DNA of 64,000 bases, from the NCBI GenBank assembly GCA_963785455.1, contig CAWAVL010000014.1:145444-209443 (forward strand). The letters run 5' to 3'. The position numbers and the translations under genes are program-made. This document shows, piece after piece, positions 1 to 9,622 of this stretch. This stretch comes from an uncultured Actinomycetota bacterium. GTDB lineage: Bacteria; Actinomycetota; Actinomycetes; Mycobacteriales; Nakamurellaceae. Position 1 is the first letter of the stretch. The number at the start of each line of letters is the position of its first letter. Below the pieces are notes generated by a model. The model ran no database searches. It was not told the origin of the DNA and worked only from the letters and a program-made list of their open reading frames with translations.

Positions 1-48
1 CGCGCCGCAACAGGTGCCAGCGCCGTTGCCGCCGAGCGCCAGCGGCGT

Positions 49-279
49 TCAGCCGGCGAGTTCGTTGCGGGCAGCGATGGCCTTCAGGTCATCGCGGATG
101 GTCGCAGTGGGCGCTAATCGGATCAGCCGATCGAGCTCGCGGACCGCCCTGGTGCGTCGGTAGTAACGGATCAGGGCCGCCGCAACGTTGAACTTCCGGT
201 GATCGGCACCGTGGTCTTCCCGGTCCACGCTCCGATCGGCATGCTGCACCGAAACGTCCCCTCCGAATGACGGCCTCAT
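49..279 (-). CDS. small hypothetical protein (~76 aa)
   Basis: C-terminal part of ORF 49..825 (RYYRRTRAVRELDRLIRLAPTATIRDDLKAIAARN) looks like the small helical actinobacterial proteins; ATG at 279, start uncertain. Confidence 0.45.
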   Translation of the reverse strand: MRPSFGGDVSVQHADRSVDREDHGADHRKFNVAAALIRYYRRTRAVRELDRLIRLAPTATIRDDLKAIAARNELAG

Positions 280-697
280 CTTCACCGCCCCCCTGGTGCC
301 GCCTCGATGCGGGCCATCTCGAGCGTCCCGCGCAGCGATGAACGGAGGGTGACGCAGCGGCGGCGCCCTGGTGAAAAGTCGATGAGACATTGCGGTCAAG
401 GAACCCGGCCCAGTGGTGGTCGGAGCGAGGCCGGCAGGTTCGTCGGTCACTGCGGCACTGCGGCAGCGCCGCAGCCGGGATCGAAGGATCGTCGCGTCGG
501 GTGGATTCGTTTCGCCGGTCGACCGCTTTGTCGAAATCCGCGACGAGGTGGCTCCCGAAATTCCGCGGTCAGAGGTCCGGCGTGGCGGCAGCCAAGGCCC
601 TGGTCGAACAAGCCATCGCCAACTGCGACGTCGACCACCATTTCGCGCACACCCTGCTGCCGGCGGCCGGCAGGTCGGGCTGTGATGAGTGGCCGTT

Positions 698-1513
698 CTA
701 CGACGCCGGAAAGTCAGCGCCGAAGCGCGCATGGAGGACAATGCCTCCCGCAGTCGCCTCCGCCTCCATCGCGAAATCAAACGCATCGACCCGGGTGGCC
801 AGTTCGACGTCGCGCGGGTCCGCATTTCCGGGCCCGAGACCGAAGGTCACAGCGGCCTGGTTACTCGCGACAATTGCTGCGATGGTCCGCTCGGTATTCA
901 GCGGCTGCCCCCGGCGCGACCTTTCGATCAATCGCGCAGTTTGCATGTCATCCTCGCCGGAATGCTGGGCGTTGTGCCAACCGGTGATCACGTAACTGGG
1001 TTCACCCAGACCACTTGCGTTCACCGCTGCCGCTGTTGCAGTGGCGCATACCAGGCTCGCACACCAGCGGCGACCGGCCGCGGTGGCATTCACCACCCCG
1101 CGGGTACCGGCCGACGTGCGCTGCACGATGTCGCGCCCGTGCAGGTCAGCGCAGGCGACTTCCGCGGGGGAATTGGAGAAGTCGAAGCCGGGCACCCGGC
1201 GCCCCCAGTCCGAGCCCATCGCCAACATCCCGGGCCGGGAAGCCTTGACCGCCAGCGCCTCGTCAACCGAACTCACCAGCCAGATCCGGTGCGCGCCCGC
1301 GGCGAAGGCGTACGCGGCCGTGGTAAAGGCCCGCAACACATCCACGACGACGACGGCGCCGGTCGCCCGGCCGGCTCGCCAGCCCGGCATCACACGGGGC
1401 CTGCGAGGGTACTCCGCGACCGAAACCGGCCGAGTCGGTCGATTCCAGGAGTTTTCGCCCACGACCCAACCGTACGACGTCCCGGCTCCGGCTGCGCACA
1501 CCCGGGCAGTCAA
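698..1513 (-). CDS. 2-phosphosulfolactate phosphatase (ComB) family protein
   Basis: GAVVVVDVLRAFTTAA, FDFSNSP and TSAGTRGV motifs typical of the ComB family; true start may be nearer 1390. Confidence 0.85.
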   Translation of the reverse strand: MTARVCAAGAGTSYGWVVGENSWNRPTRPVSVAEYPRRPRVMPGWRAGRATGAVVVVDVLRAFTTAAYAFAAGAHRIWLVSSVDEALAVKASRPGMLAMGSDWGRRVPGFDFSNSPAEVACADLHGRDIVQRTSAGTRGVVNATAAGRRWCASLVCATATAAAVNASGLGEPSYVITGWHNAQHSGEDDMQTARLIERSRRGQPLNTERTIAAIVASNQAAVTFGLGPGNADPRDVELATRVDAFDFAMEAEATAGGIVLHARFGADFPAS

Positions 1514-1850
1514 GCCCGGACCGGCTTGTCACATCGTGAGCCTTCGGCCCTCGCCGTGCGCCGCGCCGGTCATTGTGCAGACGCGGCGGTGCCGGCTGCT
1601 GCACCGTCCCATCTGCATGACCAACCCCGACCTGGCACACACGGAGCTCCACCGCCCGGATCGTCCTGTTCCAGGTGGCGATCGTCGGAATTGACCGGCG
1701 CAGCCGCCCAGCAGACCGGCAGGTGGAGGGCGCCCGCGGCGGCGCCACCGGCCCATCGGCCGCGCTTCAGGTGCGGCGCGTACAGGTGCGGGCGCGGTCG
1801 ACGCGACCTCCTCGAGCACCGGTGAAGGAAGTCACGTTTCCCCGGTGGGC

Positions 1851-1991
1851 TCATCGCGTGGCGTCGATGCAGCCGTCGTCCAGCACCGTGAGCCCGCTGC
1901 CGGTCGTGGGGCAAGTCACATGCTCGGTACCCTGGCCAGAAATTCCCGCAGCCACGGGTCCTGTGATCGACACGAACACGCGAAAGTCCAT
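1851..1991 (-). CDS. 46-aa small ORF or 5' remnant of a decayed gene, divergent from the LuxR regulator
   Basis: ATG 1991 preceded by an A-rich leader with AGGA (AAAGAACAATCAGGAAAAGAGAACGC); MDFRVFVSITGPVAAG...DGCIDATR then TGA. Confidence 0.4.
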   Translation of the reverse strand: MDFRVFVSITGPVAAGISGQGTEHVTCPTTGSGLTVLDDGCIDATR

Positions 1992-2292
1992 GCGTTCTCT
2001 TTTCCTGATTGTTCTTTCGTGAAGCGAATTCGGGCGGAACCCTGCACCGGCCGGTTGCGTGAGCAACAGGTCCTTCGACGACAAGACATCGTGTCCGGCT
2101 TCCGACGCCGCCCGCTTCAGGGTGTGGCCCCAGTCATGCGATTGCACGGTGTCGACACCGTGCACCAGTGGCCACGATCCGTCGTTCGGCCACGTCAATG
2201 AATTCGGTGGGTCCACACGACGCGAGAACCGGCCCCGGCCGCAGCCCGGCATCGGTTGAGAGGGGCGTGCCGAGGAGTCCTAGGCTCGGCAG

Positions 2293-5073
2293 GTGATGGT
2301 CGGGCGTACGGATGCCTGCCGGCGCGTGCAGACGCTGGTCGAGGGGGTCCGCGCCGGGGTCGGCGGCGCTCTGGTTGTCACCGGGCCTGCGGGCATCGGC
2401 AAGACCACCCTGCTGGAATTCGCGGCGGAACAGGCGCAGGACCTCTTGCTCCTGCGCACGACCGGCTCCCCCGCCGAGCACGGGATGCCCTACGCGGGCC
2501 TTTCCCAGTTGCTGGGCCCGATACTGTGCCACCTACCCGCGTTGCCACCGGTGCAGCAGGCGGCCGTCAGGTCCGCGCTCGGCCTCGACCCGCCGGTCGG
2601 CACGGACGTATTCGGTGTCTATGTCGGCACGTTGGCCCTGCTCGCCGCGGCGGCGGTCGAACGGCCGGTGGTCGTCCTGATCGATGACGGTCAATGGTGT
2701 GACAGCGCCTCCATCGAAGCCGTGTTGTTCGCCCGGCGCAGGCTGGCTCACGACCCGGTGGGTTTCGTCCTGGCCACTCGCGTCGATCCGCACGGCACAC
2801 CGCCGTGGCCGGGGCTCCCGGCGCTGGAGATCACCGGATTGACGCCGGACGCGGCACGTTCCCTCCTGGATCACCACGGGATGGCCCTGACCGACGACGT
2901 CCTCGACTGGTTGGTCCGCTCGACGGGCGGCAACCCGCTGGCCCTGCTCGACGTGCCGACCTACCTGCCCCCGGCGGAACTGGCATTGCAGGCCCTGCGC
3001 GGGCAAGAGGCGCCCGTGGGTCCCGCGCTGACCGCCGCCTACGGGCATGTGATGGCCACGATGTCACCCGACCAACGCCAGGCGCTGGTCATCGCCGCGA
3101 TGCTCGACCACGCCGACATCGCAATCCTGATCACCGCTTTGGCATCTGCGGACCTGCGACCAGCACTGCTCGAGGACGCCGAGGACGCGGGCATGGTCCG
3201 GCTGTCGACGGCCGCCGTGCAGATGCGTCATCCCCTGACGAGGTCTGCCGTCATCGCATCCTGTCCGCCGAGCGCACGCCGTGCCGCCCATCGGGCGTGT
3301 GCAGAAGGTCTGCGGCGGTCATCGCGTCCGGCAGACGCGGAGGCGCGGGTGTGGCATCTCGCGGACGCTGCGCTCGGCCCCGACGAAGCGATCGCTGTCC
3401 AACTCGAGGATCTGGCGACCATCGCCACCGGCCGAACGGGCTACGCGGCAGCATGTCTCACCAGTCAGCGGGCCGCAGAACTGAGCGACCCGGGTGAGGG
3501 CAGGACACGCCGGCTCATCGCCGCCGCAGCCGCGGGACTGGCCGCCGGTCTGCCCGAGCAGAGCCAGGCACTGCTCGCTGCTCTCGGGCACGAACTCGGC
3601 GCCACCCGCCGGCAACAACTGCAGATCGCGCATCTGCGGGGCCGACTCCGGGCGGCCGCCGGTGACCCACCGGGTGCGGCCCGCGATCTGCACGAGCAGG
3701 CCCGGGTCAGCCGGCGCACCGACCCGGACCTGGCCGTGCAACTCGCGGTGGACAGCGCCTTCGCCGCTGTCCTGGCCGGTGAGATGGAATTGGCAGCCGG
3801 TGCGGGCGATCTGATCGCGTCGATCGACGGCGATGCGTCGACGGACGCACTGGCCGACCTCATCGTCGGCACCGCGATGGCAATGGGCGGGGCCGGCAAC
3901 GACGCCCTGCCCGTCCTCGACCGATGCCGTTCGGTCTTCGACATTCCCGACCCACCAACGCAACTGCTGCAGCAGGTCATCTATCTGGGTACGGCCTACA
4001 GCCTGATCAATCGCTTCGACCTGGCGATCCCCCTGCTGGACAGGGGCATCGGCATCGGACGCAGACGCGGTGCCCTCGGGGTACTGCCGTTTGCGCTGGC
4101 GATGTCGGCGACCACCGCGTACCGCACCGGTGACTGGGATGCCGGCTACGCGCAGGCATGCGAGGCGGCGGCGCTGGCCCAGGACACCGGGCAGACGCAC
4201 ATCCGACCCAACGCGACCGTGATGATCGCCCAGATCGACGCTGCACGCGGACTCGAACGGGCCCGTGCGGACGCCGGCGCGGTCATCCGGGAATCGTCGG
4301 CCATGGGAGCCACCTTCATCCGGGCCCAGGGCCTGAGCATGCTCGGACTGCTCGAACTCGGCCGCGGTGACCCCGCGTCCGCGATCGCACCGCTGCAGGA
4401 ATGTGGTCGGTTGTCCCGGCAGTTCGGCCTGTTCGAACTCGGCCATTTGCAGTGGGCGGCAGAACTCATCGAGGCGCAGCTGCGCTGCGGCATCTCCGAT
4501 GACATCCCCGAAACACTCGAGATCATGCGCGGGGCAGCGCATCCCGGTTCCACCTCGCTGAACCGGGCGCTCCTGTTGCGATGCGAGGCAATGGTGGCCA
4601 CCGACCCTTCGTGGGAGAACAGTTTCGCGGAAGCGCTCGTGCTGCACCGCGGGGCGAACGTCCGACCGTTCGAGTTGGCGCGCACCCAACTGTGTTTCGG
4701 CGAGCGATTGCGTCGACAACGCCGTCGGAGGGATGCCAGGGAGTACCTGTCCCAGGCATGGGAGACCTTTACGGCGCTGGGCGCAGGTACATGGGCGAAT
4801 CGGGCCGGCCAGGAAATCGCCGCCCTGGGCGGCCACACCCCGCGCCCGGTGTCCCACGTGACGGATCTGCTGACGCCGCAGGAACTCCAGGTGGCGGTGA
4901 TCGTGGCCGGTGGGGCGACCAACCGGGAGGCGGCGGGCGCGCTGTTCCTCAGTCAGAAGACCGTGGAATTCCACCTCAGCAACATCTATCGGCGGCTGGG
5001 CCTCCGCACTCGGGCGGAACTCATTCACACCATCAAGGACAGGGCGGGGCCGCCCACACCGCCTGCAAGCTGA
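2293..5073 (+). CDS. large ATP-binding LuxR-family (LAL) transcriptional regulator
   Basis: N-terminal Walker A GPAGIGKTTLL, Walker B LIDDGQW, helical middle region, C-terminal LuxR HTH LTPQELQVA...TNREAAGALFLSQKTVEFHLSNIYRRLG. Confidence 0.93.
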   Translation: MMVGRTDACRRVQTLVEGVRAGVGGALVVTGPAGIGKTTLLEFAAEQAQDLLLLRTTGSPAEHGMPYAGLSQLLGPILCHLPALPPVQQAAVRSALGLDPPVGTDVFGVYVGTLALLAAAAVERPVVVLIDDGQWCDSASIEAVLFARRRLAHDPVGFVLATRVDPHGTPPWPGLPALEITGLTPDAARSLLDHHGMALTDDVLDWLVRSTGGNPLALLDVPTYLPPAELALQALRGQEAPVGPALTAAYGHVMATMSPDQRQALVIAAMLDHADIAILITALASADLRPALLEDAEDAGMVRLSTAAVQMRHPLTRSAVIASCPPSARRAAHRACAEGLRRSSRPADAEARVWHLADAALGPDEAIAVQLEDLATIATGRTGYAAACLTSQRAAELSDPGEGRTRRLIAAAAAGLAAGLPEQSQALLAALGHELGATRRQQLQIAHLRGRLRAAAGDPPGAARDLHEQARVSRRTDPDLAVQLAVDSAFAAVLAGEMELAAGAGDLIASIDGDASTDALADLIVGTAMAMGGAGNDALPVLDRCRSVFDIPDPPTQLLQQVIYLGTAYSLINRFDLAIPLLDRGIGIGRRRGALGVLPFALAMSATTAYRTGDWDAGYAQACEAAALAQDTGQTHIRPNATVMIAQIDAARGLERARADAGAVIRESSAMGATFIRAQGLSMLGLLELGRGDPASAIAPLQECGRLSRQFGLFELGHLQWAAELIEAQLRCGISDDIPETLEIMRGAAHPGSTSLNRALLLRCEAMVATDPSWENSFAEALVLHRGANVRPFELARTQLCFGERLRRQRRRRDAREYLSQAWETFTALGAGTWANRAGQEIAALGGHTPRPVSHVTDLLTPQELQVAVIVAGGATNREAAGALFLSQKTVEFHLSNIYRRLGLRTRAELIHTIKDRAGPPTPPAS

Positions 5074-5231
5074 CCTCGACAGGTGGAGCGGCGACCCGCG
5101 GCAACCCCTCGTACGCCACGCGCCGCGGCTCCGTCGGTCCGACCCGACCGTGCCGACCCGGCAAGCCTGTCGTAGTAGACACGGTCCTCGCGTCGGCCGC
5201 ACCGGGGTACCACCCTGGTGGAACGGACGGG

Positions 5232-5909
5232 TCAGGTGGCCGCCAGTGCCCGGCCGGCCCCGGTGGGGCCGGCGTGCGCCAACGCGTCGACGAGCACACT
5301 GCAGGCAATCCCGAGGCGGGTCCCCAGATATCGGCCCGGCACCTGTCGCCGGTTGTTGCCTGTCTCGAACGATTCCCCACCGTAGAAGAGTGGAACCCCC
5401 AGCGCGTCGACCGCGTTCAGCGACCCGACGGCGGACCGGTGCCCCCGGCCGTCGGCTGACATCACCACGACGGCAACCGCGGCGGTCGCCTGCACGGCGA
5501 TCGTCAATGCGAACGTCGAGATCCGGGCTCCCAACAGCCGGGCCGGCATGCCTTCCTCCTGGAGGAGGAGCGCCAGACTCTCGACACCCACCAGATCCGT
5601 GTCCCGTGGCCCGCAACTCAACAGAACAGGATTGGCCCGTACCGGCGGAGGCCCGAAGGTTCGTCGGTTGCTCAACCAGGCGCGGATCGCCTCCGTGGCC
5701 AGAACCTCTTGACCCGCGTCCAGCCGACCCGCGACGCCCAGTCGCCGCAGTTCGCGCCGCGCGGGTCCGACGACCTCATCGACGCACCGGGCCAACCCGA
5801 GTTCGGCCGCGGCGCAGTCCAACTCCGCCGCCACGGGTCCCGGATCCCGATCGTGTGCCGCCCGCAGGACACGGCGAACGCGTTCCTGCTGTACGGACCT
5901 GGCCACCAC
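5232..5909 (-). CDS. stand-alone B12-binding-domain protein (CarH-like C-terminal half, no HTH, degenerate cobalamin ligands)
   Basis: Clear paralog of residues after the HTH in 6673..7602 (QEVLATEAIRAWL vs QEHMATEAVRAWL; VPGRYLG shared); GAAAGGG RBS before GTG 5909. Confidence 0.8.
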   Translation of the reverse strand: MVARSVQQERVRRVLRAAHDRDPGPVAAELDCAAAELGLARCVDEVVGPARRELRRLGVAGRLDAGQEVLATEAIRAWLSNRRTFGPPPVRANPVLLSCGPRDTDLVGVESLALLLQEEGMPARLLGARISTFALTIAVQATAAVAVVVMSADGRGHRSAVGSLNAVDALGVPLFYGGESFETGNNRRQVPGRYLGTRLGIACSVLVDALAHAGPTGAGRALAAT

Positions 5910-6066
5910 TTCGCCCTTTCGACGGAACGACCACTGACACCGCACTCTGCCCGGCGGACGTGTCGATCAGTATCTCTTATGGGGAGCCCGGCGCCGTTCG
6001 GCATTCGAATTGCATAGTTGTGACGATCTGGCGAGGGTCGCGGCCCGGCAGTGGCCGACGAGCGGC

Positions 6067-6360
6067 TCAGGCCCTCCGCGTCGCCGTCCTCCTCAGCACC
6101 CTGGGATCGGGAACGGCGGTGGCGAGAACGGCATCGCACGGGTGCAGGTGCGTGATGCCGAACTGATCCACCAGAACGATCTGCCCGTCCCGGCGATGCA
6201 CACCGGTCACGACGTGCGGCCTTTCGTCAGGTCGCGGGAACCACCAATCGCCCGGGCTCAGGTGGCCGATGTGGTGCCGGGTCCGGGTGAACCCCACACC
6301 CGGTGGCCGTCCGTCCAGATGGTCGAGCACGTCTGCCGCATTGCGCAGGTTCAGGCACAT
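6067..6360 (-). CDS. hypothetical protein (97 aa)
   Basis: AAGGAG RBS 6 nt before ATG 6360; MCLNLRNAADVLDHLDGRPPG...LSPGDWWF; co-oriented between the two B12-domain genes. Confidence 0.65.
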   Translation of the reverse strand: MCLNLRNAADVLDHLDGRPPGVGFTRTRHHIGHLSPGDWWFPRPDERPHVVTGVHRRDGQIVLVDQFGITHLHPCDAVLATAVPDPRVLRRTATRRA

Positions 6361-6672
6361 CTCGGGCTCCTTCGGCCGGTGAGCTGAGTAGTCCGTGCGG
6401 TGCACGTGCTCTCAGGAGTGGCCGCGCGGCGCGTTCCGGACATCACGCGACGATCGAACCGATGCACCGTTCCTGTGGTGACCCGTGTCCGCGCGGCGGG
6501 GGATGGCGCGGACACGGGTGGCTCTGGTGGGCCCGCCGAGATCACGGCGAGGGCTGCGGGGGGACAGCCCGGCGAACCTCGACTCACACGGACCAGAATG
6601 GCCCCTGGCGATGGCTCCCGTGGCCATCCGGACGGTTTGCATAGTTTCGATGTCGAACCGCTACCCGGTCAC

Positions 6673-7602
6673 TCAAGTCGCGGCGGCAGGAGCGCCACCG
6701 GGATCCTCGTCGTCGAGCACCTGGGTGAGTGTCGCGCAGGCGACCTCGATTCCGACGCCGAGGTAACGACCTGGAACCCCCCGACGGCTCCGCGGGGTGG
6801 TGAATGCGTTGCCGGCGTAGAACACCGGAACACCCAGTTCGTCGACCGCGCGGATCGATTCGATGGCCCGGTGCCGGCCGGTTGCCAGATGCGAGACCAG
6901 GACAACAGCTGCCACCGGGGTCGCCCGAGCGGCTGCAGCGATCGTCATGGTCGACGTCCTGGCGCCCAGCACGCGACACCCCCAACCTCCGTACCGCAGC
7001 AGCAGCGCCGTCGATTCCAGGCCGATGGTGTGCAGGTCGCCCGGCCCGCAAGCCAACAGGATCGGCCGGGGCCGGGTGGGTGCCGGAGCGAACGCACTGC
7101 GGCGATCGAGCCAGGCGCGGACCGCCTCGGTCGCCATGTGTTCTTGCACGACATCACAATGGCCGATCGCCCACCACACGCCGATCTGGCGCATCGCGGG
7201 CAGCAGCACCTCGTCGATGGTGGACGCCAGGCCGAGCTGTCCCACCGACTCATCGAGCCCAGCACGGACGGACCCGGGATCGAGCCGCTCCGCAGCTGCC
7301 AGGATCCGGTGGATCGACTCCTGCGCGGGACCTTGACTGCCGAGCATGCTGCGGACCGACTGTGCGGCCGCTGCCGCCTTCTGACCGCGGGCGATTTCGT
7401 CCCGCATCAGCCGAAGCGCAGTGATCTCCTCGGGCAGGTAGCGGCGATGTTGACCGGGTCCGCGGCTGAGCGACGGGATTCCGTAGCGCAACTCCCAGGA
7501 TCGGAGCGTCGGCATCGGCACCCCGAGGAGTTGTGCGACGGCATTGATCGGTACTCCCCGCCGATCCCCGACCGCAATGTCCCGGTTGGTCGATGTCGCC
7601 AC
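6673..7602 (-). CDS. MerR-family regulator with B12-binding domain (CarH/LitR-like)
   Basis: MerR HTH (INAVAQLLGVPMPTLRSWELRYG...GQHRRY), W-x9-EH motif (WAIGHCDVVQEH) and D-x-H-x-x-G (GDLHTIG); GAGG RBS before GTG 7602. Confidence 0.88.
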   Translation of the reverse strand: MATSTNRDIAVGDRRGVPINAVAQLLGVPMPTLRSWELRYGIPSLSRGPGQHRRYLPEEITALRLMRDEIARGQKAAAAAQSVRSMLGSQGPAQESIHRILAAAERLDPGSVRAGLDESVGQLGLASTIDEVLLPAMRQIGVWWAIGHCDVVQEHMATEAVRAWLDRRSAFAPAPTRPRPILLACGPGDLHTIGLESTALLLRYGGWGCRVLGARTSTMTIAAAARATPVAAVVLVSHLATGRHRAIESIRAVDELGVPVFYAGNAFTTPRSRRGVPGRYLGVGIEVACATLTQVLDDEDPGGAPAAAT

Positions 7603-8060
7603 GCGAGCCTCACCCTCGCCCCGGATCGTTGGCCGCGGCTGCGGCGCCCGAGCCGGTTCACTACGACCAGAGAATATGCCCATCCGGCGTGTTCACGTCG
7701 ACAAGCACCTCATTGTGGCGCAGGAACCTCGGCGTGAACGGCGGGTCGAAACGAACGAACCGCATGCCGCCCCCGCGTGCGGCCCGGCGGCGGTGACAGC
7801 CTTCAGTGCCGGACATCGGTCCACTACGCCTTCGAGGCTGCAATCAAGTGTTCGCCTCGAGGGTCGGCCTCTTCTCGATCGACACTGTTTACGGGCCGAG
7901 CGAAAACCCGCTGTTCCTCAACTTCCCCGGCGATGTTCGCAGTCAGCGGGCCCGTCGGGCCGCTGGGCCGGTCTGCCATGCGTCAAACGGTTGCGCAGAT
8001 CGTCGCGGCGCCTCGGTGAGTCAACCTCGATTCCAGGCGCCGAGTGGTGGTCTCTCCGGC

Positions 8061-8807
8061 TCAGGCAGCATGTCGTCCGGTGGGCCGCAACCAGGGCCCG
8101 GTACGGGTGGAGCCACCTTCCTCCACGGAGGTCTTGTTGTCGGTGTGCATTCGGGCGGGCGACGACGCTGCGACCGTGCCGGTGGGCAGAGTCTGGGCGC
8201 TCCCCGGCTGAGGGTGACGGCGGTATTGCCGATCGACGAGGTAGAGCAGGACGAGACCGATGACCACCATGGTGTGGCTGCTCAGCCGATCGAGCCCAAC
8301 GTTCGCCGAGAGGACGTCGATGGTTGACACCGCGACCAGCACTGCGACGAACACCGCCAGTGCGGGCAGCAGACCGCGGGCGAACGAGGGCCGCACAGCG
8401 GCGGCGAGCAGCCCGATCGCGACACCCATGTTCCAGGCGGTGCTCTCGTTGAAGAAGTGCTCGGCTGTTCCGGCGGCCGGGTGTGCGGTGTGGTCGACAC
8501 CGAGCAGCTGCGCCAGGGCCAGGATGAGTTGCGCGAAGGCAACGACGCCCAAGGCCCACCTGAGGGCGTGACGCCGCCCACGCGGCGCCTGCGCCGGGAC
8601 CGCGGCCAGGATTCGGTCGGTCAGGTCGGGCGTCGCGACGGCGGGGCGGACCCGGAGACCACGCGTGATCACACCGGCGCAGCTCTGCCACCGCTGACAG
8701 CCCCGGCAGTGGGCAAGGTGCGCATCCACGAGAGCCGGCGGCACCGGTTCTTCTTCGCCGTCCATCCTGGCCGAAAGAGCGTCTCGGCAGTCTGTGCACT
8801 TCACCAC
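8061..8807 (-). CDS. membrane zf-HC2 anti-sigma factor (mycobacterial Rv0093c-like)
   Basis: C-x2-C...LSARMDGE...H-x3-C-x2-C zinc finger (HLAHCRGC), four TM segments, EHFFNESTAWN motif. Confidence 0.85.
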   Translation of the reverse strand: MVKCTDCRDALSARMDGEEEPVPPALVDAHLAHCRGCQRWQSCAGVITRGLRVRPAVATPDLTDRILAAVPAQAPRGRRHALRWALGVVAFAQLILALAQLLGVDHTAHPAAGTAEHFFNESTAWNMGVAIGLLAAAVRPSFARGLLPALAVFVAVLVAVSTIDVLSANVGLDRLSSHTMVVIGLVLLYLVDRQYRRHPQPGSAQTLPTGTVAASSPARMHTDNKTSVEEGGSTRTGPWLRPTGRHAA

Positions 8808-8812
8808 GAGAT

Positions 8813-8839
8813 TGTCGTGCCCGGTCCGGACGAAGTTCC
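8813..8839 (-). promoter_or_regulatory. putative SigC-type ECF promoter of the anti-sigma gene (GGAAC-N17-CGACA)
   Basis: Minus strand GGAAC ttcgtccggaccgggca CGACA, ending 5 nt before GTG 8807 (leaderless geometry); mirrors the site at 9514..9540. Confidence 0.6.
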
Positions 8840-8917
8840 GCCCGCCCACCGTCGACTCTGTGGGCACCCCGCAATGTGGGGTCACTTGGGCGCTGCCGTC
8901 GAACTAGGGTCTTCTAC

Positions 8918-9502
8918 ATGCCGTCGAATTTGGGGTGGGAAGCCGCTGGACGTCTCGCCGAGGCCGCCGCAGCCGGCGATCAGCAGGCCGTTGCCGGCCT
9001 GATCCGGGCGACGCAGCGAGACGTCTGGCGGTTCGTGGCCTCCCAGGCCGGCACGACCGACGCGGACGATCTGACCCAGGAAACGTACCTGCGGGCCATC
9101 ACGGCGTTGCCCCGCTTCGAGGGCAGGTCCAGCATCCGAACCTGGCTGCTGGTGATCGCCCGACGGGTCGTTGTCGACCATCACCGGCATCGAGCGGCCC
9201 GACCCCGAATCGCTGATATCGCGGAGTGGGACGGCCCCGCCGAACGCGCACTCCACAGCCGGGCCCGGGACTCGCCGGGGTTCGAGGAAATCTCCGAGAT
9301 CGGTCTGCTGCTCGACTCACTGGCCCCTGATCGTCGCGAAGCCCTGGTCCTCACCCAACTGTTGGGTTTGTCATACGCCGAGGCCGCGCAGATCTGCGAG
9401 TGCCCGGTCGGCACGATCCGCTCCAGGGTTGCCCGTGCCCGTGACGACCTGGTCGGCTTGGCCGGTGAAACCGAGCAGCCCGGACGATCCGTCACCGGTT
9501 GA
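8918..9502 (+). CDS. ECF RNA polymerase sigma factor, SigC-like
   Basis: Region 2 DADDLTQETYLRA...FEGRSSIRTWLLVIARR and region 4 LSYAEAAQICECPVGTIRSRVARAR; closely resembles actinobacterial SigC. Confidence 0.9.
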   Translation: MPSNLGWEAAGRLAEAAAAGDQQAVAGLIRATQRDVWRFVASQAGTTDADDLTQETYLRAITALPRFEGRSSIRTWLLVIARRVVVDHHRHRAARPRIADIAEWDGPAERALHSRARDSPGFEEISEIGLLLDSLAPDRREALVLTQLLGLSYAEAAQICECPVGTIRSRVARARDDLVGLAGETEQPGRSVTG

Positions 9503-9513
9503 TCGGGCGGGCC

Positions 9514-9540
9514 GGAACTTTTCACTCCTGACGGCCGACT
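9514..9540 (+). promoter_or_regulatory. putative SigC-type ECF promoter of the PCuAC-DyP-CopC operon (GGAAC-N17-CGACT)
   Basis: GGAAC at 9514-9518, 17-nt spacer, CGACT at 9536-9540; matches the recalled mycobacterial SigC consensus. Confidence 0.65.
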
Positions 9541-9622
9541 CACTGTGGGTGCCGGGCAACGTGCCTCCGGCTGCTGCGCCCGACCTCACCGGTCGGGCCG
9601 AACAAGTCAACGGGAGTTTTCG

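Noticed and set aside
300-697. Several overlapping ORFs (307..987, 390..995, 413..685, 447..650)
   Set aside because: No recognisable motif or RBS; typical high-GC shadow frames. A decayed gene cannot be excluded.
1817-1853. Hairpin after the UGA of the 46-aa ORF as a second SECIS/selenoprotein
   Set aside because: The loop begins only 13 nt after UGA, has no G in its first two positions, there is no Cys-homolog context, and another TGA follows 27 codons later.
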